From: Balanoglossus misakiensis
Taxonomy: Eukaryota; Animalia; Hemichordata
Length of the DNA stretch: 64,000 nt
Direction: 5' to 3'
NCBI GenBank assembly: GCA_040954595.2
Contig: CM082579.2
Coordinates: forward strand, 2,307,908 to 2,371,907
Within the stretch, counting starts at the first letter, position 1; each line of letters begins with the position of its first letter. Position numbers and translations under genes: made by a program. This document shows positions 1 to 11,761 of the stretch, piece by piece. The notes under the pieces were generated by a model. It was not told the DNA's origin and ran no database searches. It was given only the letters and a program-made list of their open reading frames with translations.

Positions 1-2949
1 ACATCTTGATGGCGAAGGGCTCAGGAAGGCTAGGCTTTTACCTGAAGGTGTCAACTGATGTTGGTTCGAGACCACTTTTTTTCTATTTCTTTTTTTTGAG
101 AACTTTTAACGACATTATCATTGTAATTTTTATTTTTAGGACGACTAAATTTTTATTTTATTTTTTGTCGTCGAGGAGTGAATAAAGAACGGTCAGATCG
201 TTGCGGTGCAAGGAACTCTTATTTTCACCGCAGCGGAGCGAACTCTTATTTGCACCGCTGCGGTGCAAATAAGAATTTGCACCGCTGCGGTGCAAATAAG
301 CTCATGGTAGTTATGCTGCAATATAGTGCGGTAAATTTCCAACGGTTTCGAGTACACATCTTGATGGCGAAGGGCTCAGGAAGGCTAGGCTTTTACCTGA
401 AGGTGTCAACTGATGTTGGTTCGAGACCACTTTTTTTCTATTTCTTTTTTTTTGAGAACTTTTAACGACATTATCATTGTAATTTTTATTTTTAGGACGA
501 CTAAATTTTTATTTTATTTTTTGTCGTCGAGGAGTGAATAAAGAACGGTGAGATCGTTGCGGTGCAAGGAACTCTTATTTTCACCGCAGCGGAGCGAACT
601 CTTATTTGCACCGCTGCGGTGCAAATAAGAAATTGCACCGCTGCGGTGCAAATAAGCTCATGGTAGTTATGCTGCAATATAGTGCGGTAAATTTCCAACG
701 GTTTTGAGCACACATCTTGATGGCGAAGGGCTCAGGAAGGCTAGGCTTTTACCTGAAGGTGTCAACTGATGTTGGTTCGAGACCACTTTTTTTCTATTTC
801 TTTTTTTTGGAGAACTTTTAACGACATTATCATTGTAATTTTTATCATTTTCATAAATCCAATTCATTTCAATATCTACGCTGCGTTTTTTATCTGTCGG
901 GTATAAGAAACATGCAGGGAAACTTGGTCATTTTTTTTTGTCGCGGTTCACTTGGGCAAGTCTGAATACGGAGTGCTCAGGAGAGAGAAAGATAAACTCG
1001 CTAAAACCGTGTCTTTCCGTCCGCATGACCAACCAAGGAGCGAAAAAGTCGTTATTTGGGCCGTAATAAAACGTTTTTGTCGTTGAGGAGTGAATAAAGA
1101 ACATTGCGGAACAAGGAACTCTTATTTGCACCGCGGCGGTGCAAACTCTTATTTGCACCGCTGCGGTGCAAATAAGAAATTGCACCGCTGCGGTGCAAAT
1201 AAGCTCATGGTAGTTATGCTGCAATATAGTGCGGTAAATTTCCAACGGTTTCGAGTACACATCTTGATGGCGAAGGGCTCAGGAAGGCTAGGCTTTTACC
1301 TGAAGGTGTCGACTGATGTTGGTTCGAGACCACTTTTTTCTATTTCTTTATTTTGGAGAACTTTTAACGACATTATCATTGTAATTTTTATCATTTTCAT
1401 AAATCCAATTCATTTCAATATCTACGCTGCGTTTTTTATCTGTCGGGTATAAGAAACATGCAGGGAAACTTGGTCATTTTTTTGTCGCGGTTCACTTGGG
1501 CAAGTCTGAATACGGAGTGCTCAGGAGAGAGAATGATAAACTCGCTTAAACCGTGTCTTTCCGTCCGCATGACCAACCAAGGAGCGAAAAAGTCGTTATT
1601 TGGGCCGTAATAAAACGTTTTTGTCGTTGAGGAGTGAATAAAGAACATTGCGGAACAAGGAACTCTTATTTGCACCGCGGCGGTGCAAACTCTTATTTGC
1701 ACCGCTGCGGTGCAAATAAGAAATTGCACCGCTGCGGTGCAAATAAGCTCATGGTAGTTATGCTGCAATATAGTGCGGTAAATTTCCAACGGTTTCGAGT
1801 ACACATCTTGATGGCGAAGGGCTCAGGAAGGCTAGGCTTTTACCTGAAGGTGTCGACTGATGTTGGTTCGAGACCACTTTTTTCTATTTCTTTATTTTGG
1901 AGAACTTTTAACGACATTATCATTGTAATTTTTATCATTTTCATAAATCCAATTCATTTCAATATCTACGCTGCGTTTTTTATCTGTCGGGTATAAGAAA
2001 CATGCAGGGAAACTTGGTCATTTTTTTGTCGCGGTTCACTTGGGCAAGTCTGAATACGGAGTGCTCAGGAGAGAGAATGATAAACTCGCTTAAACCGTGT
2101 CTTTCCGTCCGCATGACCAACCAAGGAGCGAAAAAGTCGTTATTTGGGCCGTAATAAAACGTTTTTGTCGTTGAGGAGTGAATAAAGAACATTGCGGAAC
2201 AAGGAACTCTTATTTGCACCGCGGCGGTGCAAACTCTTATTTGCACCGCTGCGGTGCAAATAAGAAATTGCACCGCTGCGGTGCAAATAAGCTCATGGTA
2301 GTTATGCTGCAATATAGTGCGGTAAATTTCCAACGGTTTCGAGTACACATCTTGATGGCGAAGGGCTCAGGAAGGCTAGGCTTTTACCTGAAGGTGTCGA
2401 CTGATGTTGGTTCGAGACCACTTTTTTCTATTTCTTTATTTTGGAGAACTTTTAACGACATTATCATTGTAATTTTTATCATTTTCATAAATCCAATTCA
2501 TTTCAATATGTACGCTGCGTTTTTTATCTGTCGGGTATAAGAAACATGCAGGGAAACTTGGTCATTTTTTTGTCGCGGTTCACTTGGGCAAGTCTGAATA
2601 CGGAGTGCTCAGGAGAGAGAATGATAAACTCGCTTAAACCGTGTCTTTCCGTCCGCATGACCAACCAAGGAGCGAAAAAGTCGTTATTTGGGCCGTAATA
2701 AAACGTTTTTGTCGTTGAGGAGTGAATAAAGAACATTGCGGATCAAGGAAATCTTATTTGCACCGCGGCGGTGCAAACTCTTATTTGCACCGCTGCGGTG
2801 CAAATAAGAAATTGCACCGCTGCGGTGCAAATAAGCTCATGGTAGTTATGCTGCAATATAGTGCGGTAAATTTCCAACGGTTTCGAGTACACATCTTGAT
2901 GGCGAAGGGCTCAGGAAGGCTAGGAGCGAAAAAGTCGTTATTTGGGCCG
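1..2949. repeat. Tandem (satellite-like) array: two short units (355, 356 bp), four long units (547, 544, 544, 544 bp) and a truncated terminal unit
   Basis: The anchor ACATCTTGATGGCGAAGGGC recurs at 1, 356, 712, 1259, 1803, 2347 and 2891. Long units are near-identical. The array starts at the window edge and probably extends left. Confidence 0.97.
1126..1198. repeat. Internal 27-bp sub-repeat, three palindromic cores TTGCACCGC-N-GCGGTGCAA (representative copy; present in every full unit)
   Basis: Cores start at 1126, 1153 and 1180. The middle one extends to TCTTATTTGCACCGC-T-GCGGTGCAAATAAGA (1147-1177, 15-bp perfect arms). Confidence 0.95.
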
Positions 2950-4037
2950 GAACGACAATGTCAAGAAAGAATTTGACTGTTTTATTGTACATAACCAGAA
3001 AATAGTGGCTAATAGCGCCCCCATCATCCGCAGTGTGACTCTTTTCTTCTTTCGCAATTCTACGTCGCCATTTTCTTTCATAAGTATCGTGCAAGCTACA
3101 CATATTAAAAGACTTACACTTCTAGCAATTATAGAAGTACAACGGCAGTTCCAGATCAATCCGAACAGGTGCTCTTTAGATCATTAACACGAGGCCAAGA
3201 CAGGTTTGAGATATGGTCACTGCTTCGGGCCTGTAAACTATTCACCAACACTTTTAAAAATTAAAGCTATCATGTCAAAACAACGCTCAAAACTACGACA
3301 CCAAAAATAGTCCCGTCTTACTTTAGGTAATGAACTTTTATTACAGACTGTTTGTTGGTTTTGCAGACAATGCACTTATTGTCATCCTGTACGGTACTAA
3401 ATACCGCGATCGATATTATCATCATTTGTCACCGAGCACGCATGGATGATGGAGTCAATGTACCCACAAGAAGATATTTTATTACGTTGAATGTTCTGCT
3501 TTTATCGACAAATCGGACAGGGTTCACCAGATAGCAATAACAGGTGGTTGAAAGTAATTTTGCCTATTTCATATGAAGCTAAGAATGCATGCCAAAAAGA
3601 TCTTATTCAAAGTCACAGCAGTGAAATAAGAATATATTATCATTTTTCACGTCAATCCACACCTAAACCCTGATCTAAATTCCTTGGACACAGTGTAAGG
3701 ATCGTGCACCATCATCCCAAATGGTGATCAAATTGTTTACATGACGGAATTCTGAACGACAATAAATAGTGCACTTTATGGGCCAATGACAATGAACGAA
3801 TATAAACTTCCTATTGCCACGCCAACAGAATTCAAAATTAAATTACACTGACCCTTAAAACGAAATGGCATATCGATGTTATTATTACTGTTACAAAGAC
3901 TAAACAATTCACGGACTGGTTAAAAATAGACATTGTCCTCGATGCGGCAAGTCTTATTAAAAGACACCGACTTTTTGGGGGATTGTAAATCGTTATTTTA
4001 GTTCATGTGGTAAACAAGTGAACCTATTTCGTACCGA

Positions 4038-4073
<36 letters not shown>

Positions 4074-4093
4074 GGTCGGTCGGTCGGTCGGTC
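4038..4093. repeat. Compound microsatellite (TGTC)n(GGTC)n
   Basis: Read directly from the sequence. Confidence 0.95.
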
Positions 4094-5102
4094 CAGGAGT
4101 GCGAGTAAATCAACTGCTCCCTCTCTGCAACATGCATAATTTGTTTATTAAAAAGCCAAGATAACTTTATATACGGATGACTACCTGACCCTTTTCAATG
4201 AATAGACGGCAAATGAAAGCAGAAACTCATGTAAATGTGATCTCCGACCGTCCTTGCACTTGCTCCTTGTATAATAACATCATTGTTACTGAATGTAAAT
4301 AGTTTGGAACGTGAAGATTGCTTTAATATTAAAACTCAGTGGATGACCGCACTGAAATCGGACGAACTGGAGAAATCTGAGAACTGATTCCGGATTTAAA
4401 GTTACGAGGAATTGTGGGTATTTTCATGAATTTCGCCGTTTCTGTTTATAGAAAGAAGTCAATTTGCAGTATGCAATGACGCGTGACTAATCCTGCTAGG
4501 AACGCAACGGTTCAGTATCCAAGCCATAAAGCTAAGGTTGACTGTTTCCCGGCACGGCGCAAGTGTCGTGTTGTGCACCAGCTAAGCCGTTACCTGGACA
4601 TTTTACCCAGTAAGAGAAGAGCCAATCGAAGTGCGGGCACATTAAAGGTGAACGCGGCAGGGTTTTATGAAATGCAATTTCCGCACTGATTGGCTGCCGA
4701 TCAGAACACCGCGCACATTGAACGTGGCTTTCGTCGACCAAGGAGAATGTTGTGATAGAGTGCGAATCCGAAATTCGACGCGAAGAACTGTTTCTGGAGT
4801 GTGGATCATATTTCAGTTTTGTATCGACGGTGACTGTCATCAGGTGTTGTGCGCCCATTGTTCCTCTCGTCTCGTGTGGCACGTTGAGTCCTTGATTGGA
4901 AACGAGATTGCGGGTTGCGATTTTTTTGTCGCAGGTTGGCTCGGTGACAACATTTTATTGTGGGTCCATCAAACTACTCCACCAATTGTATAGCGACACT
5001 AAAATCGCCGTTGTCAACGCATGTGAAGAACAACTTGACGGCGTTGCTCACCACTTGGGATCAAGGATCAGATTACGCTGGACGGCTAAAAGGACAACAG
5101 CA

Positions 5103-6098
5103 ATGGCGGCCGCGGTCTCGGATGCGAGTCGCAGAGAAAGCACGTTTAATCGTCGTGTGTCGCGACCGTCTATGATTCATCGACATTCTCGGACGACAAT
5201 AACTTTTGCACCCACAAGACCTTCAGTAAGTCAGGCGCCCCCAGAGCGACGGCCGTCGTTGGCGCGTAGAGTGTCGCGGGTTGGAATAGACGGAGGAGTG
5301 CACTTCCCACCGATTGAAAAGCGAAGGCTGTCGGTCGTCAGAGGGGGGAACGCGCGAAGACCGAGTCTACTTGGCGGGTTTCCCGCGCTGGGCGAGAACG
5401 CACGAACTCTGGTGGAAGAACCGACGTACTTCAGTGACAACCCAGAGAATTTGCCAAAGGAAGCTCGATTTTGTGCCACGCTGTCACTAGAAGCTCAGTT
5501 CGCGAGCCTGAAAGGTTACGAAGATGTTTTGTTCACTAAACTGCAGGACACTTACCCTGACTACGGGACATTGCTGTCTAGAACCAAAACTCCCGCCGTA
5601 ACCGAGATGTTGGCCAGGCTGAAAAGCGCACACAGCAGAAAGCAGGAATCGCAGAATGGCATCGTGGAGGAAGATGACGAAGATGACGAGGAGAAGGAAA
5701 CGTTTGAAGAGAAGAGGATGCGGCGACGCCGAGAGCGGGAAAAACGAAAACAGGAAGAGGAGGAAGAGAAGAAGAGACAGGAGCAGGAAAGAGAGGAGAA
5801 GGAGAGACTGGAAAAGCAGAAAAAGCGGGAATGTGAAAAAGGATTTGCAGACGACAGTGCAACGCCGCCCCAAGTCACGGAGAATCAGAAACGAGTCAGC
5901 TACCGTTTCCAGAATGCGATGGACATTTTGGACACTTTGAAACACTCCACCGGAGAACTTGTCACTTCCAAGGTGGAAAAGAAAGAAAAAATCAACCCGT
6001 TGGCTGGCTACAACTGCTGGGCATCTCTGTGGGCAAACGATTTTAAATTCCAAAAACGTCACATCGACAGTTTCGCTGCATTGCCAAGCTTAAGATAA
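5103..6098 (+). CDS. Uncharacterised 331-aa protein, apparently one coding exon: Arg/Ser-rich N-terminus, acidic/basic coiled coil, short aromatic C-terminal segment
   Basis: The frame is open from 4896 (a TTG in the track). First ATG at 5103 in good context (GCAATGG). Stop TAA ends at 6098. GC and purine content rise relative to the flanks. A candidate acceptor (TTTTTTTGTCGCAG, ending 4933) lies upstream, so an N-terminal extension from an upstream exon is possible. AATAAA at 7071. Confidence 0.8.
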   Translation: MAAAVSDASRRESTFNRRVSRPSMIHRHSRTTITFAPTRPSVSQAPPERRPSLARRVSRVGIDGGVHFPPIEKRRLSVVRGGNARRPSLLGGFPALGENARTLVEEPTYFSDNPENLPKEARFCATLSLEAQFASLKGYEDVLFTKLQDTYPDYGTLLSRTKTPAVTEMLARLKSAHSRKQESQNGIVEEDDEDDEEKETFEEKRMRRRREREKRKQEEEEEKKRQEQEREEKERLEKQKKRECEKGFADDSATPPQVTENQKRVSYRFQNAMDILDTLKHSTGELVTSKVEKKEKINPLAGYNCWASLWANDFKFQKRHIDSFAALPSLR

Positions 6099-7070
6099 CT
6101 TGGGAAATATCGACAAGGACAACGATTGTAGGCACAAGAAGTGTAAAGGAGACGACTCAACTTCTGCAGTGAAATTTGTCTGACATTGAGACGATCTTTA
6201 AATAAGTAGCTTTGCCAAGCACGAGTTGACTGTGAATAGAGAGACTTTACGTAATGACGACTTTACGCCCGATTTATCGTTCCTTATATTGGACAAAACA
6301 GCCACTGCACCGAAACAAGCTTACAGATCATCAACGATTCCTCCTGGACAAATATTTACATCAAAATGGATTGCGAACGCTGTTCTTATTTTTCATGTGT
6401 GGGAACACCTTTCAAGGTTACAACTGGCGAAGTACAACCTTGTATACCATAAGGGTGAGACGCACCAGCTTTGACATTCGGAGAACTGATCAGACGTGAT
6501 TGCTGACCAGCAGTTTGAAGTGAAATCGCCGCTGGACCTTGCTCGTAAATGTCACAGACCCAGACAACGTTGCAAAGTGGTCATTGCACCATTGGTCTCA
6601 GAGGTCAACAAATCGATACCCACCTTCGAGAATGCACGATAAACTTTGAGTATTTATGGTTATCTTTGACCGTTAAAAAATTAACGCGTTGTGTGATTGC
6701 ACAGTCGTTGTTGAATGTGAACTAACTTGAAGGTTTCCAACCTTGTTACGATTTTTTTAAATACGTAAACAAGTACTATTGTTTTGACGTGCCGGCCAAT
6801 TTCTACTGCAAGTATAGTATTTACAAATATAAAGTCTCGATTAAGTCATATTAGGTGTTGTTGATTTTGTTCAGTTAATTAATTTTGCATCACAGCTTCA
6901 TTAAGAATTCTACCATTGTACGAAGCAAAATGTTACAAAAACGCGTGTTTCCATGGTGACTGGCACACAAACCATGACACCACTGGAGCAAGTACTTTGT
7001 CCACGTTGGAAGATACTAGTATGTGATTTTCAGGCTGACGTTATTTGCCGGTGCACAGCAATACACTTGC

Positions 7071-7076
7071 AATAAA
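7071..7076 (+). other. Candidate polyadenylation signal for the 5103-6098 gene
   Basis: AATAAA about 1 kb after the stop, followed by T/G-rich sequence (TTTTCTGTGT). Confidence 0.45.
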
Positions 7077-7946
7077 ATACATATACACAAATCAAGCTTT
7101 TCTGTGTCACTTTATGAAGGCGAAGCTCACAAAAAGCGTTGTCTTTAGCATCTGCGCATTTGGGTGTCACAATCTTACGTCACGCACGTACAGCCGCTAC
7201 TTTTGATAAGTCTCAACGTCTCGTCGAAAGCAAAACAAACGAATTTTACGTCAAAAGCTCAGCTGGGGTCGTCAACGCGCTTGTCTTTTGTATTTCAATC
7301 GGCCTGCTAATGGATTAATTTCCGCTGTGGATGGTGGTAACTGTCACACTGATTGGTTTCCAAGTAATAGCTGTACAAGAGTATGGCTAAAACACACAAC
7401 ATTAATTTCAATGTTGACTAAAATGAATTCTTCTACTGACAATATACGACAGACGAATACTTCTCCGTCATTTTTAGGCACTGAATGAACTCGGCAATAT
7501 CACGAGTCACTCGTAAATGTCTGGGGTAGGACTAAAACCATCTGTGTGCGTGATTACGTCGTTCATGATTCGTCTGAGTTATTGGGAATGGAGAAAGGTC
7601 ATCCCACTTATATTCTGTACATTACCGATACATTATTGCAAATGGAAAACTCGTGTTTCAGCTGCCCATCCTAAATTGATACTCAAATCATAACTAAGCC
7701 ACGGCTATAAGTATGCATATTTTCTCATTTGGATTATTCAAGCTCCGAGTTCTCTTTTTTTTTAGGAAATTCAGTCTCCGCGCCTTCTGATTTATACCAA
7801 ATTGGTTTTATGGAAATTGTTTTTGTAGAGAATAAACTTAATTTGATGTTTTAGAAGAGAAATTTAGAAATTATCATATGCAGCAGTTCAGATAGATCGA
7901 TCATCCGACATCGCTGACGCCAAGGTAGACCTTGCAACAGCCTCGG

Positions 7947-8019
7947 ACGTTCCGAAATAATTTCGGAACGTTTCGGAATGTTTTGTGTTACCCGTTGAGG
8001 GCGCAAACCAAGATGGCCG
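7947..8019 (+). promoter_or_regulatory. Putative promoter: 25-bp palindrome plus YY1-type motif
   Basis: ACGTTCCGAAAT-A-ATTTCGGAACGT at 7947-7971 and CAAGATGGCCG at 8009-8019. CpG-rich. Followed by a consensus donor G/GTAAGT at 8211. Confidence 0.45.
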
Positions 8020-11000
8020 ACCAGAGCAGACGAATGTCAGCGATGGCAAGTGTTTGGCGACAATTGAGCGATTGTTTTGCAAATTTGGTCGCACAATTTT
8101 TCACATTCAGTTCTGATGGTATTGAAGGTCAGCACTGTAGGATTTCAAAGTTCAGTGTATCGTAATTACTGAGCAATCGGGATCCTCGTTTCTCAGTCAA
8201 CGTTGCAACGGTAAGTCTTATTGTATTGATTACATAATAGGGCCTATGCTTGGAAGTCAGCGTACTCAGCTGACGTAGTACATGGGGGGGGGGGGGGTAG
8301 TACATGTAGGGGGGCCTAGTGTTCAAAAACGCGGAAAATGATCTGAGTCAATCAGTAGCCTCCACATTTTGTATTTTTTGGCAGAAAATAAACTGCCAAA
8401 TATAAATCTTTCTGTCTTTTTGAACATAGACTAATAATATGTTTTTAATGAAAATCATGTCACTTGCAAAATAAAAAGGAAATCAAAATTCTTTTTGTCG
8501 TCAGGCGAAACCGAAAAGATGAAAAGGATAGACACGAAGGGCCTACTCGGTAAGTAATATACATTATCACTTATGTATAGTTATCTCAAACACATGTGAC
8601 CACAGCCCAGCATCTATGTATTTGATCGGAGACTGATAAATCATAATAGGTCTCTACATTGTTAATGGGGTTGTGCTGATCCTCGGATCTACCAAATGGT
8701 CTCCTGGCAAACGGAATTCCTCACGTACAAGGCGATGAATAAATGAACTTGGTATTGGTGTTCTATTGTTGCGCTAGACAAGGCAGGACGTGTTCGAACT
8801 TAGATCAGGGTCATATGCTGGTCATCCCATATTGCTGGTTTTGTTGACACTGGTCTGCTGAACAACAGAGAACCCGTGTACAAGGCAAATGTTTACAAAT
8901 CAGTGAGCCGTGTAGGGCCTTCACGCAAACCTTTGGGCATTCAACCCGACACCGTCATCGGCGATACAGACTGGTTGTCATGGAATGCTATTTCAATGCA
9001 GCGTGACTTTAATTCCGATAGCGAACGACAACATCGCTATTCTTTGTTAGATGCCTTTTCCCACTTCTCTTTCCGAACACACCAGCTGAGATCAACACAG
9101 CCTTATATGCGCCTACCTGTTCCACTTCACAAAAATCCGTGTGTAAATATAAAGACTACACATAATGACATACGTCCGCATTAATGAAGATTGATCTTGC
9201 TGATTTGTTATTCATATTCAACGGGGTATTCACACTTCTCCTTCACTTTAAAAGTGCAAAATTGTAAGCTGAAATTATGGTGAGTGTTCTGTTGTTGCTT
9301 TGCAGCACTCGCGTACGTTCTTCAGAAGTAGAGTGGCCTTCACGCATTCAACCCCCCCCCCCCCCCGTCATGCGAGTGCAGCCGGTCACTACTGGTTAAT
9401 CATGTTTATAGAAAAAATTGTCAAAAAGTCGTGTGCATACACTTTCGGTTACCAAACTTGTTTGAATGATAGTGGTGTCCTGATTACACTGTGTCTCATG
9501 TTATTGAGTTGGATTGGTGACCATCGCGTACGAAAGTAAAACATGTCAAAATTATTGGCTAAAAGACACGATGGAAACTGTCTTAGGGCAGGTATTTAAA
9601 CCACCTGCTTGAATCTAGGCGACGAGGGCCCGGTATGGCATTGGCTTTAATCGGGAACTTTATAGCCCAAAGTAGGCATTTATCACACCCCTAATGTGCG
9701 AAATATGCCAACCATAGTGGAGGTGTTATTATCAAAAACTAACGGAACAAGTACACCTAGACGGGTAATTCAGGGATTACCAGCCAAGTGCTAATAAGCC
9801 AAGTGCTAATTAACCGACACTTCAAACTATGAGCGGCGCGACAGAAACTGTTATGCAATAGTTTCAGAAACGTAGTATTTTCTTGCCACATACTGTTCAA
9901 ATGAAACGTGTCCCAATATAGTGTGTACGCGGTGACATATAAAGACTGTTGTCATGACTTCGATGACTCAAACCCCTTGAAGTCGTGTTGTAGTACTTGT
10001 GAAATGCCAATTTATCTTCTGTCATATCTCTCCTCTTTGAGAATATCTCAGTTTCCCCGCTACAGCGAGGAGCAGTAACACTCCAGTTGATGTATACACA
10101 GTTAAGAATCTATTAACATTCCTGTACAGTTGACCTTCTAGAATTCAGACGCCTCCCTTCCTTCCCGCAACAAATTCAACTCGGTCACCTCGTTTCTATA
10201 TTGTTTATTTTTCAAGCCCCAGACTTTAAATGTCATGATGTCGCATTCTTCTCTTTCACTGCAGCCACATCTGAGTGCAGGCGAATTAGGCATTCCAGAA
10301 AGAAGAAAGAGATCGCATTATAGATGGTGAGGGCGCTTTTCGTGGTGACGATTTTCAGCTTTATGTACCGACCCACCGACCAACCACGTAATCAGGTAAA
10401 TCTACTAATCAAAGGCCCTCATGATTGGTCATCGACCGATCGATCTATCGATCAACCTTTGCAACAAAATTAACAGGTGTTTTTACAAAGTTAAGTTAAT
10501 TCTAAAATAGAAGTCTAATGATAGTTATGTTTACTAAAATACCATGCAAAAAACACCAGACAGTGGCGAAAAGACGACATCAATTTAATAGCTATAGTGT
10601 ACTTCATGTACCATCAATCATGGTGATTGTACATAGCGCCCAGTCAGATTATGCTCACAACAAACATCCCCAGCCACCTTTCTTTCCAATGTCGTCCATT
10701 ATCCAAGATCTCTCAGATTTTAAAGAGACGAACCTGTTAGATAAATACATTGTCGCTGACGTATTCACATCATTAGCCGTGATGCTATAGTGTTTGCGTT
10801 GTCAAACCTTGCGACGATAGTTTATCTCCGCTTTTACTAGTTCTCCCACTCTAAGGCATGTAGGCTTGACCAAAAAGCTCTCCAGGTACATTAAACGTTT
10901 ACAGGACTGGAACCCGGGAGATTAGTCCGGGCTATTTAGTTCAATTTGCGATGCAAAATTACCCAGGCTGGATACGGTCACATGGTCCGTCTAGCTGATA

Positions 11001-11761
11001 AGTGTATAGAGGAGGTTTTGAACAGGGAAAATCGATTTAGTACCTGCGTACGTCGTCAAAATTTTGCAGTACTTAGATGTCGCATTTTGGAAATTGCAAG
11101 AATCCGAATTTTCGATTGGCCGTTGAATGACGTCACACAACCAACCGTCGCCCGATAACACATTGTTAGGCCCGTCGAAGAGGACAAGCTTTTACTGTTC
11201 AAAAAAGAAAATTACACATAGTTACACTCGAAATAAGATCTCCACAACCTGTTCGTGTAAAAAGGGTTTTTATCACCTTAAAAGCTTTACCTTCGCTGTA
11301 AATGTATTTGTGATCCACACTGTTCAAAAGCGTGTATACCTTTGCACGAATAGCGCCTCCAACGACCATAGATCCCATAGCTAGCATTCAGTTTGAATAC
11401 GTGCTAACATCAGACACTAATAACACGTAACTAATCACATTTGGGTTTCTTTCTATTTGAGTTGTATAGTACAGTGAACCCGTAGTAAGGCTTTATCGAT
11501 TTGACCGATAATAACGCGCGTTATTGGCATCAAGAAACGCACACATGCTTGCATGTAATCTGCAGCCTATTTTACGGACCAGTCGGAGCCTGCCCGCCTG
11601 CCTGTCTCTTATGTGTGTGTGTTTGTGCGCACGCGTGTGCATTTATCTACCCTCGTCATTCTGTCTGCCGTTCCAGTGTGAACCAGTTCCATGAGCAGTT
11701 TCGATTCACCAACAGAAATGAAGGAATACATAAAAACTACCCTAGGCCCTGCAGACACTGA
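8009..11761 (+). other. Candidate multi-exon transcript (lncRNA or 49-aa small ORF); exons about 8009-8210, 8505-8549, 9255-9279, 10265-10326, 11677 onward
   Basis: Donors GTAAGT (8211), GTAAGT (8550), GTGAGT (9280), GTGAGG (10327). Pyrimidine-tract acceptors end at 8504, 9254, 10264 and 11676. No homology recognised. Confidence 0.4.

Noticed and set aside
1126-1198. CRISPR-like palindromic repeats
   Set aside because: Spacers are not unique, there are no cas genes, and the context is eukaryotic with spliceosomal introns.
178-2976. Repeated 70-122 aa ORFs (HRCGAN / CTAAVQ repeats)
   Set aside because: They are translations of the satellite and its 27-bp sub-repeat, open on both strands because of the palindromes, mostly with non-ATG starts.
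5487-6062. Antisense and alternate-frame ORFs over the 5103-6098 gene
   Set aside because: Shadow frames of a purine-rich, low-complexity coding strand.
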